DNA of 64,000 nt from Peptostreptococcaceae bacterium (GCA_036647935.1 JAVXJG010000002.1:21308-85307); one strand, 5' to 3'. Numbered from the stretch's first letter, positions 48,180-58,396 are shown. Numbers and translations: made by a program. The notes: generated by a model not told the origin, from the letters alone.

Positions 48180-48431
48180 ATGATAAAAAGAGAATTTGAA
48201 ATAAATGATACTGCATACCTTGCAAAGGATAGAAGAATAAAGGTACATGTAGACGGAAGTGATACATATACTAAAAATATATCTATGAGGGCTGGGGATG
48301 CTGTTAAAATACTAGATTTCTATGAAATAGATAAGTATGGATGGTCTTATGAAGCAGAATTTAAAAAAGATGGAACATCTTATATTATAAGAAAACATCT
48401 TAGTCAATCAGATTTAAAACCTAAAAGATAA
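48180..48431 (+). CDS. hypothetical protein (83 aa)
   Basis: RBS AAGGAGAG 7 nt upstream. Monocistronic, lying between two terminators. I recognise no family. Confidence 0.5.
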   Translation: MIKREFEINDTAYLAKDRRIKVHVDGSDTYTKNISMRAGDAVKILDFYEIDKYGWSYEAEFKKDGTSYIIRKHLSQSDLKPKR

Positions 48432-48445
48432 TAGATAAACTTTGA

Positions 48446-48490
48446 CCCCTATAAATATATATTAATTTGTATATTTATAGGGGTTATTTA
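48446..48490 (+). terminator. rho-independent terminator
   Basis: CCCCTATAAATAT-N12-ATATTTATAGGGG followed by TTATTT. Confidence 0.8.
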
Positions 48491-48555
48491 TATACAAATT
48501 GATTAAAACTTAGCAAAGGACAACCAATATTTATTTAATGAAAAATAAAAAATAA

Positions 48556-48616
48556 TTGACAATATAATACTATACAACATATAGTATTACTATAGCGCTA
48601 TATTATATGTTGTATA
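48556..48616 (+). promoter_or_regulatory. candidate padR promoter with nested palindromic operator
   Basis: TTGACA-18 nt-TATAGT. Three dyads are present. (1) TAATACTATA-N5-TATAGTATTA at 48565-48589. (2) The palindrome TATAGCGCTATA at 48591-48602. (3) 13-bp arms TATACAACATATA (48571-48583) and TATATGTTGTATA (48604-48616). Confidence 0.6.
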
Positions 48617-48659
48617 ATATAGTGAATAATATAAAAACAACTTAAAGAAGGAGGCAACA

Positions 48660-48980
48660 ATGTCATTTCAACTAGGAGCAGCTTTGCTTGATGCATGTGT
48701 ACTAGCGGTACTTACAAAAGAAGATACTTATGGATATGTACTAACACAGCAAGTTAGAGAAGTTATGAATATATCGGAGTCTACACTTTATCCGGTGCTT
48801 AGGAGATTACAAAAGGATGAATATGTAATAACCTATGACCAAGCATTTCAAGGTAGAAATAGACGCTATTATCAAATAACCAGTTCAGGTCGTAAAAAAT
48901 ATAAAGAATATATATTAGAGTGGAAAGAATACAAAATTAATGTAGATAAAATTTTATTAGGAGGAAGTTTAAGTGAATAA
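48660..48980 (+). CDS. PadR family transcriptional regulator
   Basis: 106 aa. Winged-helix pattern with YGY at DTYGYVL and STLYPVLRRLQKDEYV. Confidence 0.9.
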   Translation: MSFQLGAALLDACVLAVLTKEDTYGYVLTQQVREVMNISESTLYPVLRRLQKDEYVITYDQAFQGRNRRYYQITSSGRKKYKEYILEWKEYKINVDKILLGGSLSE

Positions 48981-49551
48981 AACTAACTTTATAAATGAAC
49001 TAGAAATAAAATTGAAAAATTTGCCTACAAAAGAAAGACAATCGGCAATAAGTTACTATGTAGAATATTTTGAAGATGCAGGAGTAGATGACTATATAGA
49101 TGTGGAAAGTGATTTTGGATCACCATCAGTTGTAGCATCACAAATATTAGCAGACTATGCAGTTAAGGAAAAACCTAATAGAAATCAAATATCTTCAGTT
49201 TGGTTTATAGTATTAGCTATATTTGCATCACCAATAGCTCTTCCTCTAGCTTTTGCAGGAGTTATTACTATAGGAGCATTATTATTTTCATTCTTTGTTG
49301 TATTATTTGCATTTGGGATTGCAGGTTTTGCTATAGCACTTTCTGGAGTAGCAGTAGCTGTATCGGGTATAACAATTTTAATAAGTGATTTTGCAACATC
49401 TATTTTATTTATAGGGGTAGGGGCTATTTTAGCAGGATTAGGAATATTAGGTATGATTGGAACTTTAGCGATATCAAATATATCGTTAAAACTTGTCACA
49501 AGATTAGGAAATAACGTACTTAGTAAATTAAATAAAAAGGAGTTGAACTAA
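48973..49551 (+). CDS. DUF1700 family membrane protein
   Basis: N-terminus FINELEIKLKNLPTKERQSAISYYVEYFEDAG followed by C-terminal TM helices. It has the canonical position after padR, with a GTG start overlapping the padR stop. Confidence 0.8.
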   Translation: MNKTNFINELEIKLKNLPTKERQSAISYYVEYFEDAGVDDYIDVESDFGSPSVVASQILADYAVKEKPNRNQISSVWFIVLAIFASPIALPLAFAGVITIGALLFSFFVVLFAFGIAGFAIALSGVAVAVSGITILISDFATSILFIGVGAILAGLGILGMIGTLAISNISLKLVTRLGNNVLSKLNKKELN

Positions 49552-50574
49552 TTGAAGTATTCAAAGTTAGTGATAAAAATAGCTGTAATAATAATCTTTG
49601 CTGGAACAATAATGGCTTTTATTGGGTATGTAATGGGGGGTAAAACTAATATTAAAAGTAGTGGATTATATATATCAACTAAAAATGTTAATCATATTAT
49701 AAAAAATGAAGAGTTAGGTGAATTTAACAATGTTGATATTGATGTTAACTTAGATTATATAGAGTTAATAAAGTCTGATAAAAATAAGATAGAATTAAAT
49801 TATAGTGAAGACTTAAATAAAGTTGATTACAAAATAGATAATAATAATCTTACAATAAAGCAAGAGTCAAAAAAGTTAGTAGATATTAATATTAATTTGT
49901 TTGGATTTATGGAAGAAAATAAAAGTTACATGAAACTTTATATAAGTGAATCTGAGCTCGAAAATATAAAAATAAACTCAAATTATACTGATATAAAAAT
50001 TGAAGGTGTAAGTGGAAATGTAGTAAATATAAAATGTGATTACGCTAATTTAGATGTTGATAACTTAAATGGAAAAAGTGGCAATATATCTATGAAAGAT
50101 GGAAATATAGATTTATCAAACATAAAAATTGAAGATACATTTGAATTGAAAAATAGTTATGGAAATATTGGAATTTCTAATTCTCAATTTCAAAATTTAA
50201 TAAGTAATATAAATGATGGAAATATTGAAATTTTAAATAGTATAATTAAAAATTCTAAGATTACAAATGATTATGGAAATATTAATTTAGTAGATTCATA
50301 TAGTGAAGGTATTAATATTTACTGTAAAGATGGAAGAGTTGAATTAGATGGTTCATTTAGGGGGTACACAACTATAGATAATAAATATGGAAATGTAGAA
50401 CTTGATTTAGATAACTATGAAAAAGAATATGGTTACTCTATTGTCAATAAATATGGGAGCATAAAAATAAATGATGTATCAATGGAAGGTAGTATTATAA
50501 ATAATAACAATAGTGAAAATACTATAAATGTAAATTGTACTGATGGAAATATTAATATTAACTTTGAAAAATAA
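49552..50574 (+). CDS. DUF4097 family beta-strand repeat protein (membrane-anchored)
   Basis: N-terminal TM helix followed by many (D/Y)GNI-type beta-helix-like repeats. TTG start with an AAGGAG RBS. Confidence 0.75.
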   Translation: MKYSKLVIKIAVIIIFAGTIMAFIGYVMGGKTNIKSSGLYISTKNVNHIIKNEELGEFNNVDIDVNLDYIELIKSDKNKIELNYSEDLNKVDYKIDNNNLTIKQESKKLVDININLFGFMEENKSYMKLYISESELENIKINSNYTDIKIEGVSGNVVNIKCDYANLDVDNLNGKSGNISMKDGNIDLSNIKIEDTFELKNSYGNIGISNSQFQNLISNINDGNIEILNSIIKNSKITNDYGNINLVDSYSEGINIYCKDGRVELDGSFRGYTTIDNKYGNVELDLDNYEKEYGYSIVNKYGSIKINDVSMEGSIINNNNSENTINVNCTDGNININFEK

Positions 50575-50709
50575 AACAAAAACATACTATAGTACAACAT
50601 TTCAGTATTTAATTTGAGGAAATAATATATACAAAAAAGAGGATTATTTATTGAAATAATTGAAACTATTAATGATAAGTATATTTTAACTTAAATGAGG
50701 AGGGTAAAT

Positions 50710-51714
50710 ATGAAAAAGTATATTTCAATGATATTATCTATTATGTTAAGTGTAATATTATTAGTGGGGTGTAGTCAAAAAACTGAAGAAATACCGGAAG
50801 TACCAAAGGATAATTTAGTTGAGCCTGTAAATGTAAAAGTGATTGCTCCTGATGGATTACCATCTATATCAATAGCAAAATTAGCTAAGGAAAAAATAGA
50901 AGTTAAAGAAGGATATGATATTGATTATACAGTAGAGAAAACACCAGAAACACTGTCTACTGCGGTTATGAAAGAAGAACCAGATATAGCTATAGTACCA
51001 TCAAATATGGCATCAATAGCATATAATAAAACTTTTAATTACAAAATAGCAGGAACAGTAGGTATGGGATCTTTCTATTTAGTATCAACAGAAGATATTA
51101 AAGACATGGAAGATTTAGTTGGTAAAGAAGTAGGAAATACTGGTAAAGCTCTAACACCGGATATAACAGTGCAAGCAATATTAAAAGAAAAAGGAATAAA
51201 TCCTGAGGAAATAAACTTTAATTATGTAAATGGGGCAAGTGAATTAGTACCTTTGTTAGCAACCGGTAAGATAACTACTGGATTTGTTCCAGAACCAGCT
51301 TTAAGCGGATTAATGAGTAAAAATGAAAATATAAAAATAATAAAAAGTTTAAACGATGAGTGGATAGATATGTTTGGTTCGAAAGAAGGATATCCTCAAT
51401 CTACTATAATAGTAAAAGGTGATTTTGCTGAGAAAAATAAAGAATTTGTAAATACATTTTTAACACAACTATCAGATAGTATAAAGTGGGCAAATGAAAA
51501 TCCTCAAAATGCTGGAGAATATGCAAAAGAAATTGGTCTAACTACAGAACCTGCTGTTATAGGTAAAGCAATGGAAAGATCTAACTTAAGGTTTGTAGGA
51601 ATTGAAGATATGGTTGAAGATTATAATGATTATTATAAAAAACTATTTGATTTTGATGTAAAGTCAGTAGGAGGAAAGCTACCAGATGAAGGAATATACT
51701 TTATTGAAAAGTAG
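50710..51714 (+). CDS. ABC transporter substrate-binding lipoprotein (NMT1/SsuA-like)
   Basis: Lipobox LLVGCSQ. Followed by TauC/SsuC-type permease and ATPase genes. GGAGGG RBS upstream of ATG 50710. Confidence 0.75.
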   Translation: MKKYISMILSIMLSVILLVGCSQKTEEIPEVPKDNLVEPVNVKVIAPDGLPSISIAKLAKEKIEVKEGYDIDYTVEKTPETLSTAVMKEEPDIAIVPSNMASIAYNKTFNYKIAGTVGMGSFYLVSTEDIKDMEDLVGKEVGNTGKALTPDITVQAILKEKGINPEEINFNYVNGASELVPLLATGKITTGFVPEPALSGLMSKNENIKIIKSLNDEWIDMFGSKEGYPQSTIIVKGDFAEKNKEFVNTFLTQLSDSIKWANENPQNAGEYAKEIGLTTEPAVIGKAMERSNLRFVGIEDMVEDYNDYYKKLFDFDVKSVGGKLPDEGIYFIEK

Positions 51715-52501
51715 AGTGAAAATAAAAAAGAATAGACAGAAAATATTCAATAGTATTTATAAAAATGATAAAATAGAGGTAGCACTTTCATGTGCTACTC
51801 TCTTGTTTTTATGGCAAATAATAGCCTTGAAAATTAATAATGATATTTATTTACCGACAATAGGCCAGGTACTATCAAGTTTAGGTAAAGTAGTAGTTAC
51901 ACAAAAATTTTATTTAGATGTAATATCTTCTATAGGAAGATGTATAGTAAGTTTTTTTATAGCAATAGCTTTAGCGATAATAATAGGTATGTTGGCATAT
52001 ATTAGTAGGAAATTTAGAAATTTTTTGAAACCGATAAACTCAATAGCGCAATCTATACCTACTATGGTATTAATTGTACTTGCACTTATTTGGTTTGATA
52101 AAGATAATGCATCAATTATAGTTGGATTTGCTATAGTTTTTCCGATTTTATATGACAGTGTATTAAGTGCAATGATAGGTCTTGATAAAAGGATATTAGA
52201 AATGGCAACTCTTTATAAAGTTAGCCTAAAAAATAGAATACTTAAAATTTATTTCCCGGCAATAAAAATACAAATAGTTCAAATATTAGTATCAACATAT
52301 TCATTAGCATTAAAAGTAGTAATTGCAGGAGAAGTATATAGTCAACCTAAGTATGGTATGGGAGCTATGATTCAAGTTGAAAAAATGAATTTTAATACTC
52401 CTGGTATTTTTGCCTGGCTAGTTATAATAGTAGCAATATCTATGGTGCTTGATGTTTTACAGAAAATATTAGTCAGGAGAGTATCTGTATGGAAGATATA
52501 A
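51686..52501 (+). CDS. ABC transporter permease (nitrate/sulfonate/taurine type)
   Basis: 271 aa, BPD_transp_1-type, about 6 TM helices. Overlaps the substrate-binding gene by 29 nt. Confidence 0.8.
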   Translation: MKEYTLLKSRVKIKKNRQKIFNSIYKNDKIEVALSCATLLFLWQIIALKINNDIYLPTIGQVLSSLGKVVVTQKFYLDVISSIGRCIVSFFIAIALAIIIGMLAYISRKFRNFLKPINSIAQSIPTMVLIVLALIWFDKDNASIIVGFAIVFPILYDSVLSAMIGLDKRILEMATLYKVSLKNRILKIYFPAIKIQIVQILVSTYSLALKVVIAGEVYSQPKYGMGAMIQVEKMNFNTPGIFAWLVIIVAISMVLDVLQKILVRRVSVWKI

Positions 52502-53169
52502 TGATTAAATTAAAAAACATAAATAAAAGATACTCAGATAATATAATTTTTGATGATTTTAATATTGATTTTTACATAGATGAGATAAATTGTATATTAG
52601 GTAAATCTGGCTGTGGAAAGAGTACATTATTAAACATTATTAGTGGAATAATCGAAAATGATAGTAGAAATTTTGATGCTATAGATTATTTAGGTATAAG
52701 TTATATATTCCAAGAAGATAGACTGATAGATTGGCTTACTGTAGAGGAAAATATTAAATTAGTAGTAGAAGATGTTTACGATAAAAGAAATATAGATAAT
52801 ATGTGTAATAAATATTTGAATTTGGTTGGAATGAGCCAATATAAAAAATATTATCCTCAGATGTTGAGTGGGGGTCTTAGACAAAGGGTAAATATTGCTA
52901 GAGCTTTTATATATCCATCAAAAATAATAATCATGGATGAACCATTTAAATCTATTGATATAAAAAATAAGCAAATGATAATGGATAGTTTGCTTGAAAT
53001 ACAAAATGAGGAAAAAAGAACTATTTTATTTGTAACCCATGATATTGATGAAGCTCTGTTTTTAGGAGATAAAATATATATATTAGGAAATTATCCTGTA
53101 AAAATAAAAGGAGTTTTAGACAATGTAGGCGAATTATTAGATAAAAGAAAAATTTTTGAATTAATATAG
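52489..53169 (+). CDS. ABC transporter ATP-binding protein (SsuB/TauB-like)
   Basis: Walker A GKSGCGKST, signature LSGGLRQR, Walker B IIMDEPF. The start is either 52489 or 52501. Confidence 0.88.
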   Translation: MEDIMIKLKNINKRYSDNIIFDDFNIDFYIDEINCILGKSGCGKSTLLNIISGIIENDSRNFDAIDYLGISYIFQEDRLIDWLTVEENIKLVVEDVYDKRNIDNMCNKYLNLVGMSQYKKYYPQMLSGGLRQRVNIARAFIYPSKIIIMDEPFKSIDIKNKQMIMDSLLEIQNEEKRTILFVTHDIDEALFLGDKIYILGNYPVKIKGVLDNVGELLDKRKIFELI

Positions 53170-53212
53170 TTTGCAACTTATAAAATTTACTATTAAAAAA
53201 GGCGGAGATATT

Positions 53213-55003
53213 ATGATAAAAGAAAGAATAGCAAAATTAAGAAAATCTATGGAAGAAAAAGGATTGTATGCTTACATAATACCATCATCAGACTATCATC
53301 AAAGTGAATATGTAGGTGAATACTTTAAATCAAGAATATTCATGTCTGGATTTACAGGTTCTGCAGGTACAGTTGTAATAACTAAAGATCAAGCTGGTCT
53401 TTGGACAGATGGAAGATATTTTATACAAGCGGCAGATGAACTTAAAGGTTCGGATATAGAGTTATTTAAGATGGGTGAAGAAGGCGTTCCTACAGTAGAG
53501 CAATACATAATAGATAATACACCAGAAAACTCAAGTATTGGGTTTGATGGAAAAGTTATGGGGGCTAAAGAAGGTATAGCATTCTCTCAAAAATTAGAAT
53601 CTAAAAATGTAATAATAAAATATGATGAAGATTTAATAAATGATATATGGGAAGAAAGACCGGTACTTGCTAACGAAAAAGCATTTTTATTAGAAACTAA
53701 ATACTCAGGTGAAGATTTTTCTTCTAAATTAGCTAGAGTAAGAGAAACTATGAAAGAAAATCATGCAACAAAACATATACTTACTACTTTAGATGATATA
53801 GCTTGGTTGTTTAATATAAGAGGTGCAGACATAAAGTATAGTCCAGTTGTACTTTCATATGCTGTAATAGCTATTGATGAAGTATATTTATTTGTTAATG
53901 AAGAAAAATTAAATGATGAAATAAAAGCTGAGTTATCAAAGGAAAATGTTCAAATAAAACCATATTTTGAAATATATGAATTTGTAAAAACTATGGATTC
54001 TAATGAATCAGTATTACTTGATCCAGCTAAGGTAAATTATGCAATATACAATAATATAGCTAAAGATGTTAAGAAAATAGAAGATAAAAATCCAACTGTT
54101 TTATTTAAAGCTATAAAAAATAAAGTTGAATTAGAAAATATAAGAAATAGTCATATAAAAGACGGTGTTGCAGTCACTAAATTTATGTATTGGTTAAAAA
54201 CTAATGTAGGCAAAATAGAAATAACTGAAATTAGTGCAGCTCAAAAATTACAATCTTTAAGAGAAGAACAAGATGGATTTATAGAGCCAAGTTTCAATAC
54301 TATATCTGCATATAAAGAGCATGCAGCTATGATGCACTACAGTGCAAGTGAAGAAAGTAATTATAAATTAGATGCTAGTCACTTATTATTAGTAGATTCT
54401 GGTGGACAATATTATGATGGAACAACAGATATAACTAGAACTTTTGTACTTGGCGAAATATCTGATGAAGTAAAACTACACTATACATCAGTGGCAAGAG
54501 GAATGATAAGCTTATCTAAAGCTAAGTTCTTACATGGATGTAGAGGATATAACTTAGATATGCTTGCTAGAGGACCACTATGGGATTTAGATATAGATTA
54601 CAAGTGTGGAACGGGGCATGGTATAGGGTTTGTCTTAAATGTACATGAGGCACCAAATGGATTTAGATGGAGAATAGTATCAGATAGAGATGATAGCTGT
54701 ATAATAGAAGCTGGTATGGTAACTACTAATGAGCCAGGTGTTTATGTAGAAGGTTCACATGGTATAAGAATAGAAAATGAAATAGTTGCACAAAATCAAG
54801 ATAAAAATGAGTATGGTCAATTTATGGACTTTGAAGTAGTAACATTAGCGCCTATTGATTTAGATGGAATAAATGCTAGCTTAATGGAACATAGTGAAAA
54901 GGCGTATTTAAATAAATATCATAATATGGTATATGATAAAATATCTACATTCTTGACAGAAGAAGAAAAAACTTGGTTAAAAGAATACACTAGAGCAATA
55001 TAA
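53213..55003 (+). CDS. Xaa-Pro aminopeptidase (M24B, aminopeptidase P family)
   Basis: Creatinase_N-type N-terminal domains and a pita-bread C-domain with metal ligands (DSGGQY..GTTDITRT, GHGIG, EPG, IENE). GGCGGAG RBS upstream of ATG 53213. Confidence 0.88.
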   Translation: MIKERIAKLRKSMEEKGLYAYIIPSSDYHQSEYVGEYFKSRIFMSGFTGSAGTVVITKDQAGLWTDGRYFIQAADELKGSDIELFKMGEEGVPTVEQYIIDNTPENSSIGFDGKVMGAKEGIAFSQKLESKNVIIKYDEDLINDIWEERPVLANEKAFLLETKYSGEDFSSKLARVRETMKENHATKHILTTLDDIAWLFNIRGADIKYSPVVLSYAVIAIDEVYLFVNEEKLNDEIKAELSKENVQIKPYFEIYEFVKTMDSNESVLLDPAKVNYAIYNNIAKDVKKIEDKNPTVLFKAIKNKVELENIRNSHIKDGVAVTKFMYWLKTNVGKIEITEISAAQKLQSLREEQDGFIEPSFNTISAYKEHAAMMHYSASEESNYKLDASHLLLVDSGGQYYDGTTDITRTFVLGEISDEVKLHYTSVARGMISLSKAKFLHGCRGYNLDMLARGPLWDLDIDYKCGTGHGIGFVLNVHEAPNGFRWRIVSDRDDSCIIEAGMVTTNEPGVYVEGSHGIRIENEIVAQNQDKNEYGQFMDFEVVTLAPIDLDGINASLMEHSEKAYLNKYHNMVYDKISTFLTEEEKTWLKEYTRAI

Positions 55004-55025
55004 ATTTATGTAATCTTATGTAATC

Positions 55026-55064
55026 AAAGAGGGTTATTTCAATTATTTGAAATAACCCTTTCTT
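55026..55064. terminator. bidirectional terminator
   Basis: AAAGAGGGTTATTTC-N8-GAAATAACCCTTTCTT. Overlaps the 3' end of the minus-strand hydrolase gene. Confidence 0.75.
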
Positions 55065-55879
55065 GATAATATACACTCAATCCATTTAGAAATCTCATAT
55101 AGAATTTCATCTTTAACAATTTCATCTAATAACTTATGATAAAGTCCATTTAAAATTTTAAGTTCTTTATCAATAGAAGCTATATGCTCATATAAAAATT
55201 TACTGTCTTCACAAGATACAACAGTATCGGAAGAACCGTGTATTATAAAACATGGATAATTAAAATTTTCTAATTTATCCTTTATATTTTTACAACTTTT
55301 ATTTAATGCACAATACATACCTAATGTTATATTCTCTAAAATTAAAAAATCAGATTCGTATGAAGTCATAGCATTAATATCATGTGTAAGATCGTGAGAG
55401 TTACACTCAGCTACTAAAGCATATGGATCAATGTTGTTAAAATCAAAGTTACAAAGACCTATAGTATCACAGATTAATGGGCTGGAGAATATCATACCAT
55501 TAATTTTGTTTTTATACTTTGAACCAAACTCTGCTAAAACATGACCGCCCACACTATGACCTAACATAAAAATGGGTATATTGGGATTTTCAGATTTAAT
55601 CAAATCTATAAAACCATTAGTATCCTCAACTAAATTATCAGTATCCTTCAAAAATCCTCTTTTACCATCAGACATACCGTGTCCTCTGTGGTCATACCTA
55701 TAAACACTATATCCAAAACTATTTAGCTTTTTAGTTGTGTATTCATATCTGCCAGAGTGTTCGGCGAGTCCATGCAATATTAATATTACAGCTTTAGGGC
55801 TATCAATAATATTTTTTTTATAGTGAAGATTAATGTCATCAAATGATTTTATAGTAAGATATGTATTTTCAAAATTCAT
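55043..55879 (-). CDS. alpha/beta hydrolase (lysophospholipase/monoacylglycerol lipase-like)
   Basis: HGLAEHSGRY oxyanion region, GHSVGG nucleophile elbow, and C-terminal Asp/His (HGSSDTVV, YHKLLDE). Confidence 0.85.
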   Translation of the reverse strand: MNFENTYLTIKSFDDINLHYKKNIIDSPKAVILILHGLAEHSGRYEYTTKKLNSFGYSVYRYDHRGHGMSDGKRGFLKDTDNLVEDTNGFIDLIKSENPNIPIFMLGHSVGGHVLAEFGSKYKNKINGMIFSSPLICDTIGLCNFDFNNIDPYALVAECNSHDLTHDINAMTSYESDFLILENITLGMYCALNKSCKNIKDKLENFNYPCFIIHGSSDTVVSCEDSKFLYEHIASIDKELKILNGLYHKLLDEIVKDEILYEISKWIECILSRKGYFK

Positions 55880-56093
55880 TTAAATCACTCCGATACAAGT
55901 AAAATAATATATCTATTTTAATAAATTCTATAAAAATATTTAAATTCCTTCTATTTTTCATAAAAAATAAATATTATTAACAGAAAATGTCGAGAAGTTA
56001 TTTTAAAAGTAATTGTAATATTGTTAAATTAATAAAAAAATGGTAAAGTTTATATATACGAATATTTAATTTTAAAATAGGGGTGATGTTCGA

Positions 56094-56933
56094 ATGAGAG
56101 TAATAAAATCAACGAAAATAACAGAGAAAGTAAAGGAAATCTGTATAGATGCGAATATTAACTTAGGAAATGATGTAGTAAACGCTATAAAGAAAAATAT
56201 AGAAAATGAAGAAAGTCAATTAGGTAAAAATATACTGAATATATTATTAGAAAATACTGATATAGCTAAGAAGAAAAAAGTAGCAATATGTCAAGATACA
56301 GGTATGGCAGTATTTTTTGTAAAGATTGGACAAAATGTAATAGTAGAAGGTAAAACTATAGAAGATGCTATAAATGAAGGTGTAAGACAGGGATATAAAG
56401 ATGGTTATCTTAGAAATTCTATTGTAGATCCTATATCTAGAATAAATACAAAAGATAATACTCCTGCTGTAATACATTATGAAATGGTAAAAGGGAATGA
56501 GATATCGATAGAATTTGCGCCAAAAGGGTTTGGTAGTGAAAATATGAGTAAGTTAAAAATGCTAAAGCCATCAGATGGGATAGAGGGAATAAAAGAATTT
56601 ATAATAGACACAGTTTCAGAGGCTGGACCTAATCCATGTCCTCCTATCGTTGTTGGAGTTGGGATTGGTGGTACCGTAGACAAGTGTGCTGAAATAGCTA
56701 AAAAAGCTATTTTTAGAAATATAGGCGAAAATAATAAGGATGGTAATATAGCATTTATTGAAAATGAATTGGTTAAATCTATAAATAAGCTAGGAATAGG
56801 GCCACAAGGGCTTGGTGGAAATACTACAGCTTTAGCAGTACATATAGAAACATTCCCTACACATATTGCAGGGTTACCAGTAGTAGTAAATATAAATTGT
56901 CATGCATCTAGACATAAAAAAGTAATAATATAG
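56094..56933 (+). CDS. class I fumarate hydratase / L(+)-tartrate dehydratase, alpha subunit
   Basis: Fe-S hydro-lyase alpha pattern (ICQDTGMAVFFVKIG) with further conserved Cys residues. 279 aa. Confidence 0.88.
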   Translation: MRVIKSTKITEKVKEICIDANINLGNDVVNAIKKNIENEESQLGKNILNILLENTDIAKKKKVAICQDTGMAVFFVKIGQNVIVEGKTIEDAINEGVRQGYKDGYLRNSIVDPISRINTKDNTPAVIHYEMVKGNEISIEFAPKGFGSENMSKLKMLKPSDGIEGIKEFIIDTVSEAGPNPCPPIVVGVGIGGTVDKCAEIAKKAIFRNIGENNKDGNIAFIENELVKSINKLGIGPQGLGGNTTALAVHIETFPTHIAGLPVVVNINCHASRHKKVII

Positions 56934-56942
56934 GGGGAAACT

Positions 56943-57491
56943 ATGATAACATTAAATGTACCTACAAATGAAGATACTGTAAGAAAATTAACTTGTGGAG
57001 ATGTGGTAAGTTTAAGTGGAACACTGTATACAGCTAGGGATGCAGCTCACAAGAAAATTGTAGATAGTATAAATAAAGGCGAAAGTATACCTTTTGAGAT
57101 AGATGGACAAGGAATATATTATGTTGGACCTACACCAAATAAACCAGGAGAAGTAATTGGTTCAGCTGGGCCAACTACAAGTTATAGAATGGATGATTTA
57201 ACAGTACCTTTGCTAAAAAAAGGTCTTAGAGTTATGATTGGAAAAGGAAAAAGAGATGAAAAAGTTGTAAATGCTATGATAGAATATGGTTCTATATACT
57301 TAGCAGCAATTGGAGGTGCAGGTGCCTATATTTCTAATTCAATTAAGGCTTGTGAAGTAATAGCATACGATGAACTTGGAGCAGAAGCTATAAGAAAAAT
57401 TGAAGTAGAAAATTTACAACTTATAGTGGCTATTGATAGTTGTGGAAATAATATATATGAAAATGGTAGAGTAGTTTACGCTAAAAATTAG
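56943..57491 (+). CDS. class I fumarate hydratase / tartrate dehydratase, beta subunit
   Basis: 182 aa. LSGTLYTARDAAHKK and GPTTSYRMD motifs of the beta (C-terminal) domain. Confidence 0.88.
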   Translation: MITLNVPTNEDTVRKLTCGDVVSLSGTLYTARDAAHKKIVDSINKGESIPFEIDGQGIYYVGPTPNKPGEVIGSAGPTTSYRMDDLTVPLLKKGLRVMIGKGKRDEKVVNAMIEYGSIYLAAIGGAGAYISNSIKACEVIAYDELGAEAIRKIEVENLQLIVAIDSCGNNIYENGRVVYAKN

Positions 57492-57510
57492 ATATTTTAT
57501 ATGTTAAAAA

Positions 57511-57553
57511 GGCTCATTTATGCAATTAAAAATAATTGTATAAATGAGTCTTT
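57511..57553. terminator. probable terminator between convergent genes
   Basis: GGCTCATTTAT-N18-ATAAATGAGTC with a weak T tract. Confidence 0.45.
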
Positions 57554-57556
57554 AAA

Positions 57557-58396
57557 TTATTGTATATGAGTACCAGTATTATCCTGAGTAACTAATCCTT
57601 TTTTCATTAAAACCCCAAGAGCACGCTTAAAGTTCTTTTTACTAGAATTAAATACTGTAGAAATTTCTTCAGGAGTAGATTTATCATTAAATCTCATATG
57701 TCCATCTGCACCTTCTAAATAACTCATTATTTTAGATTCTAAAACATCTAATTCTTCTTTTCTTCCTTGTCTAGGAGTAAGACCTAACTTATTATCTTCG
57801 TAGACTTTTATTACATTAAGGTTTAATTCATCTCCAATATTTAGTTCAGAGAAGTATTCGTTGTGAAGAATTACACCTGCATATTTACTATCTATACAAA
57901 CCATAGCAGAATTATTAGTTTGGAATCCATATACTATACCTGATACATTAGCTCCAACTTCATATTCATGGTCAGTTGATAAATGTAAGTCTATATTAGT
58001 AGTAGCGGCTATTCTTCCAGATTTATCTAAGTATATGTAGAATAAATATTTTTGTCCAGGAATCAAGTCAAAGCCTTTTTCTTTAAATGGAACTAAGATA
58101 TCCTTTGTAAGACCCATATCTATAAACGTACCTATTTCATTATTTTCTACAACCTTTAGTAAAGCGACATCTCCAACTTTGGCAAATGGTGAGTTTATTG
58201 TAGCTGTAGCACGACCTTCTGAATCTTTATATATAAAAACAGTAACTTCATTTCCTATTTCTATTGTATTTTTTCCTGTAAATCTGTTTGGAAGTAGTAT
58301 ATCATCTTTTGAATCTGTAGTTTGTCCATCTAAGAAGAATCCAAATTCAGCCTTTCTTTTTACTTCTAATGTATTAAAATCGCCTATTTTTATCAA
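57557..58396 (-). CDS. CvfB/YitL family S1-like RNA-binding protein
   Basis: 279 aa. N-terminus GDFNTLEVKRKAEFGFFLDG, repeated S1-like barrels and a C-terminal winged helix. Confidence 0.8.
   Translation of the reverse strand: MIKIGDFNTLEVKRKAEFGFFLDGQTTDSKDDILLPNRFTGKNTIEIGNEVTVFIYKDSEGRATATINSPFAKVGDVALLKVVENNEIGTFIDMGLTKDILVPFKEKGFDLIPGQKYLFYIYLDKSGRIAATTNIDLHLSTDHEYEVGANVSGIVYGFQTNNSAMVCIDSKYAGVILHNEYFSELNIGDELNLNVIKVYEDNKLGLTPRQGRKEELDVLESKIMSYLEGADGHMRFNDKSTPEEISTVFNSSKKNFKRALGVLMKKGLVTQDNTGTHIQ

Noticed and set aside
50575-50709. Riboswitch or T-box elements upstream of the NMT1-type ABC operon, modA (8260-8447), the ECF transporter (44840-44946) and the DAACS gene.
   Set aside because: None of the conserved GC-containing cores is present, for example the THI-box CUGAGA, Moco, or the T-box AGAGA...GGUGGUACCGCG. 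An Infernal scan would be the decisive check.
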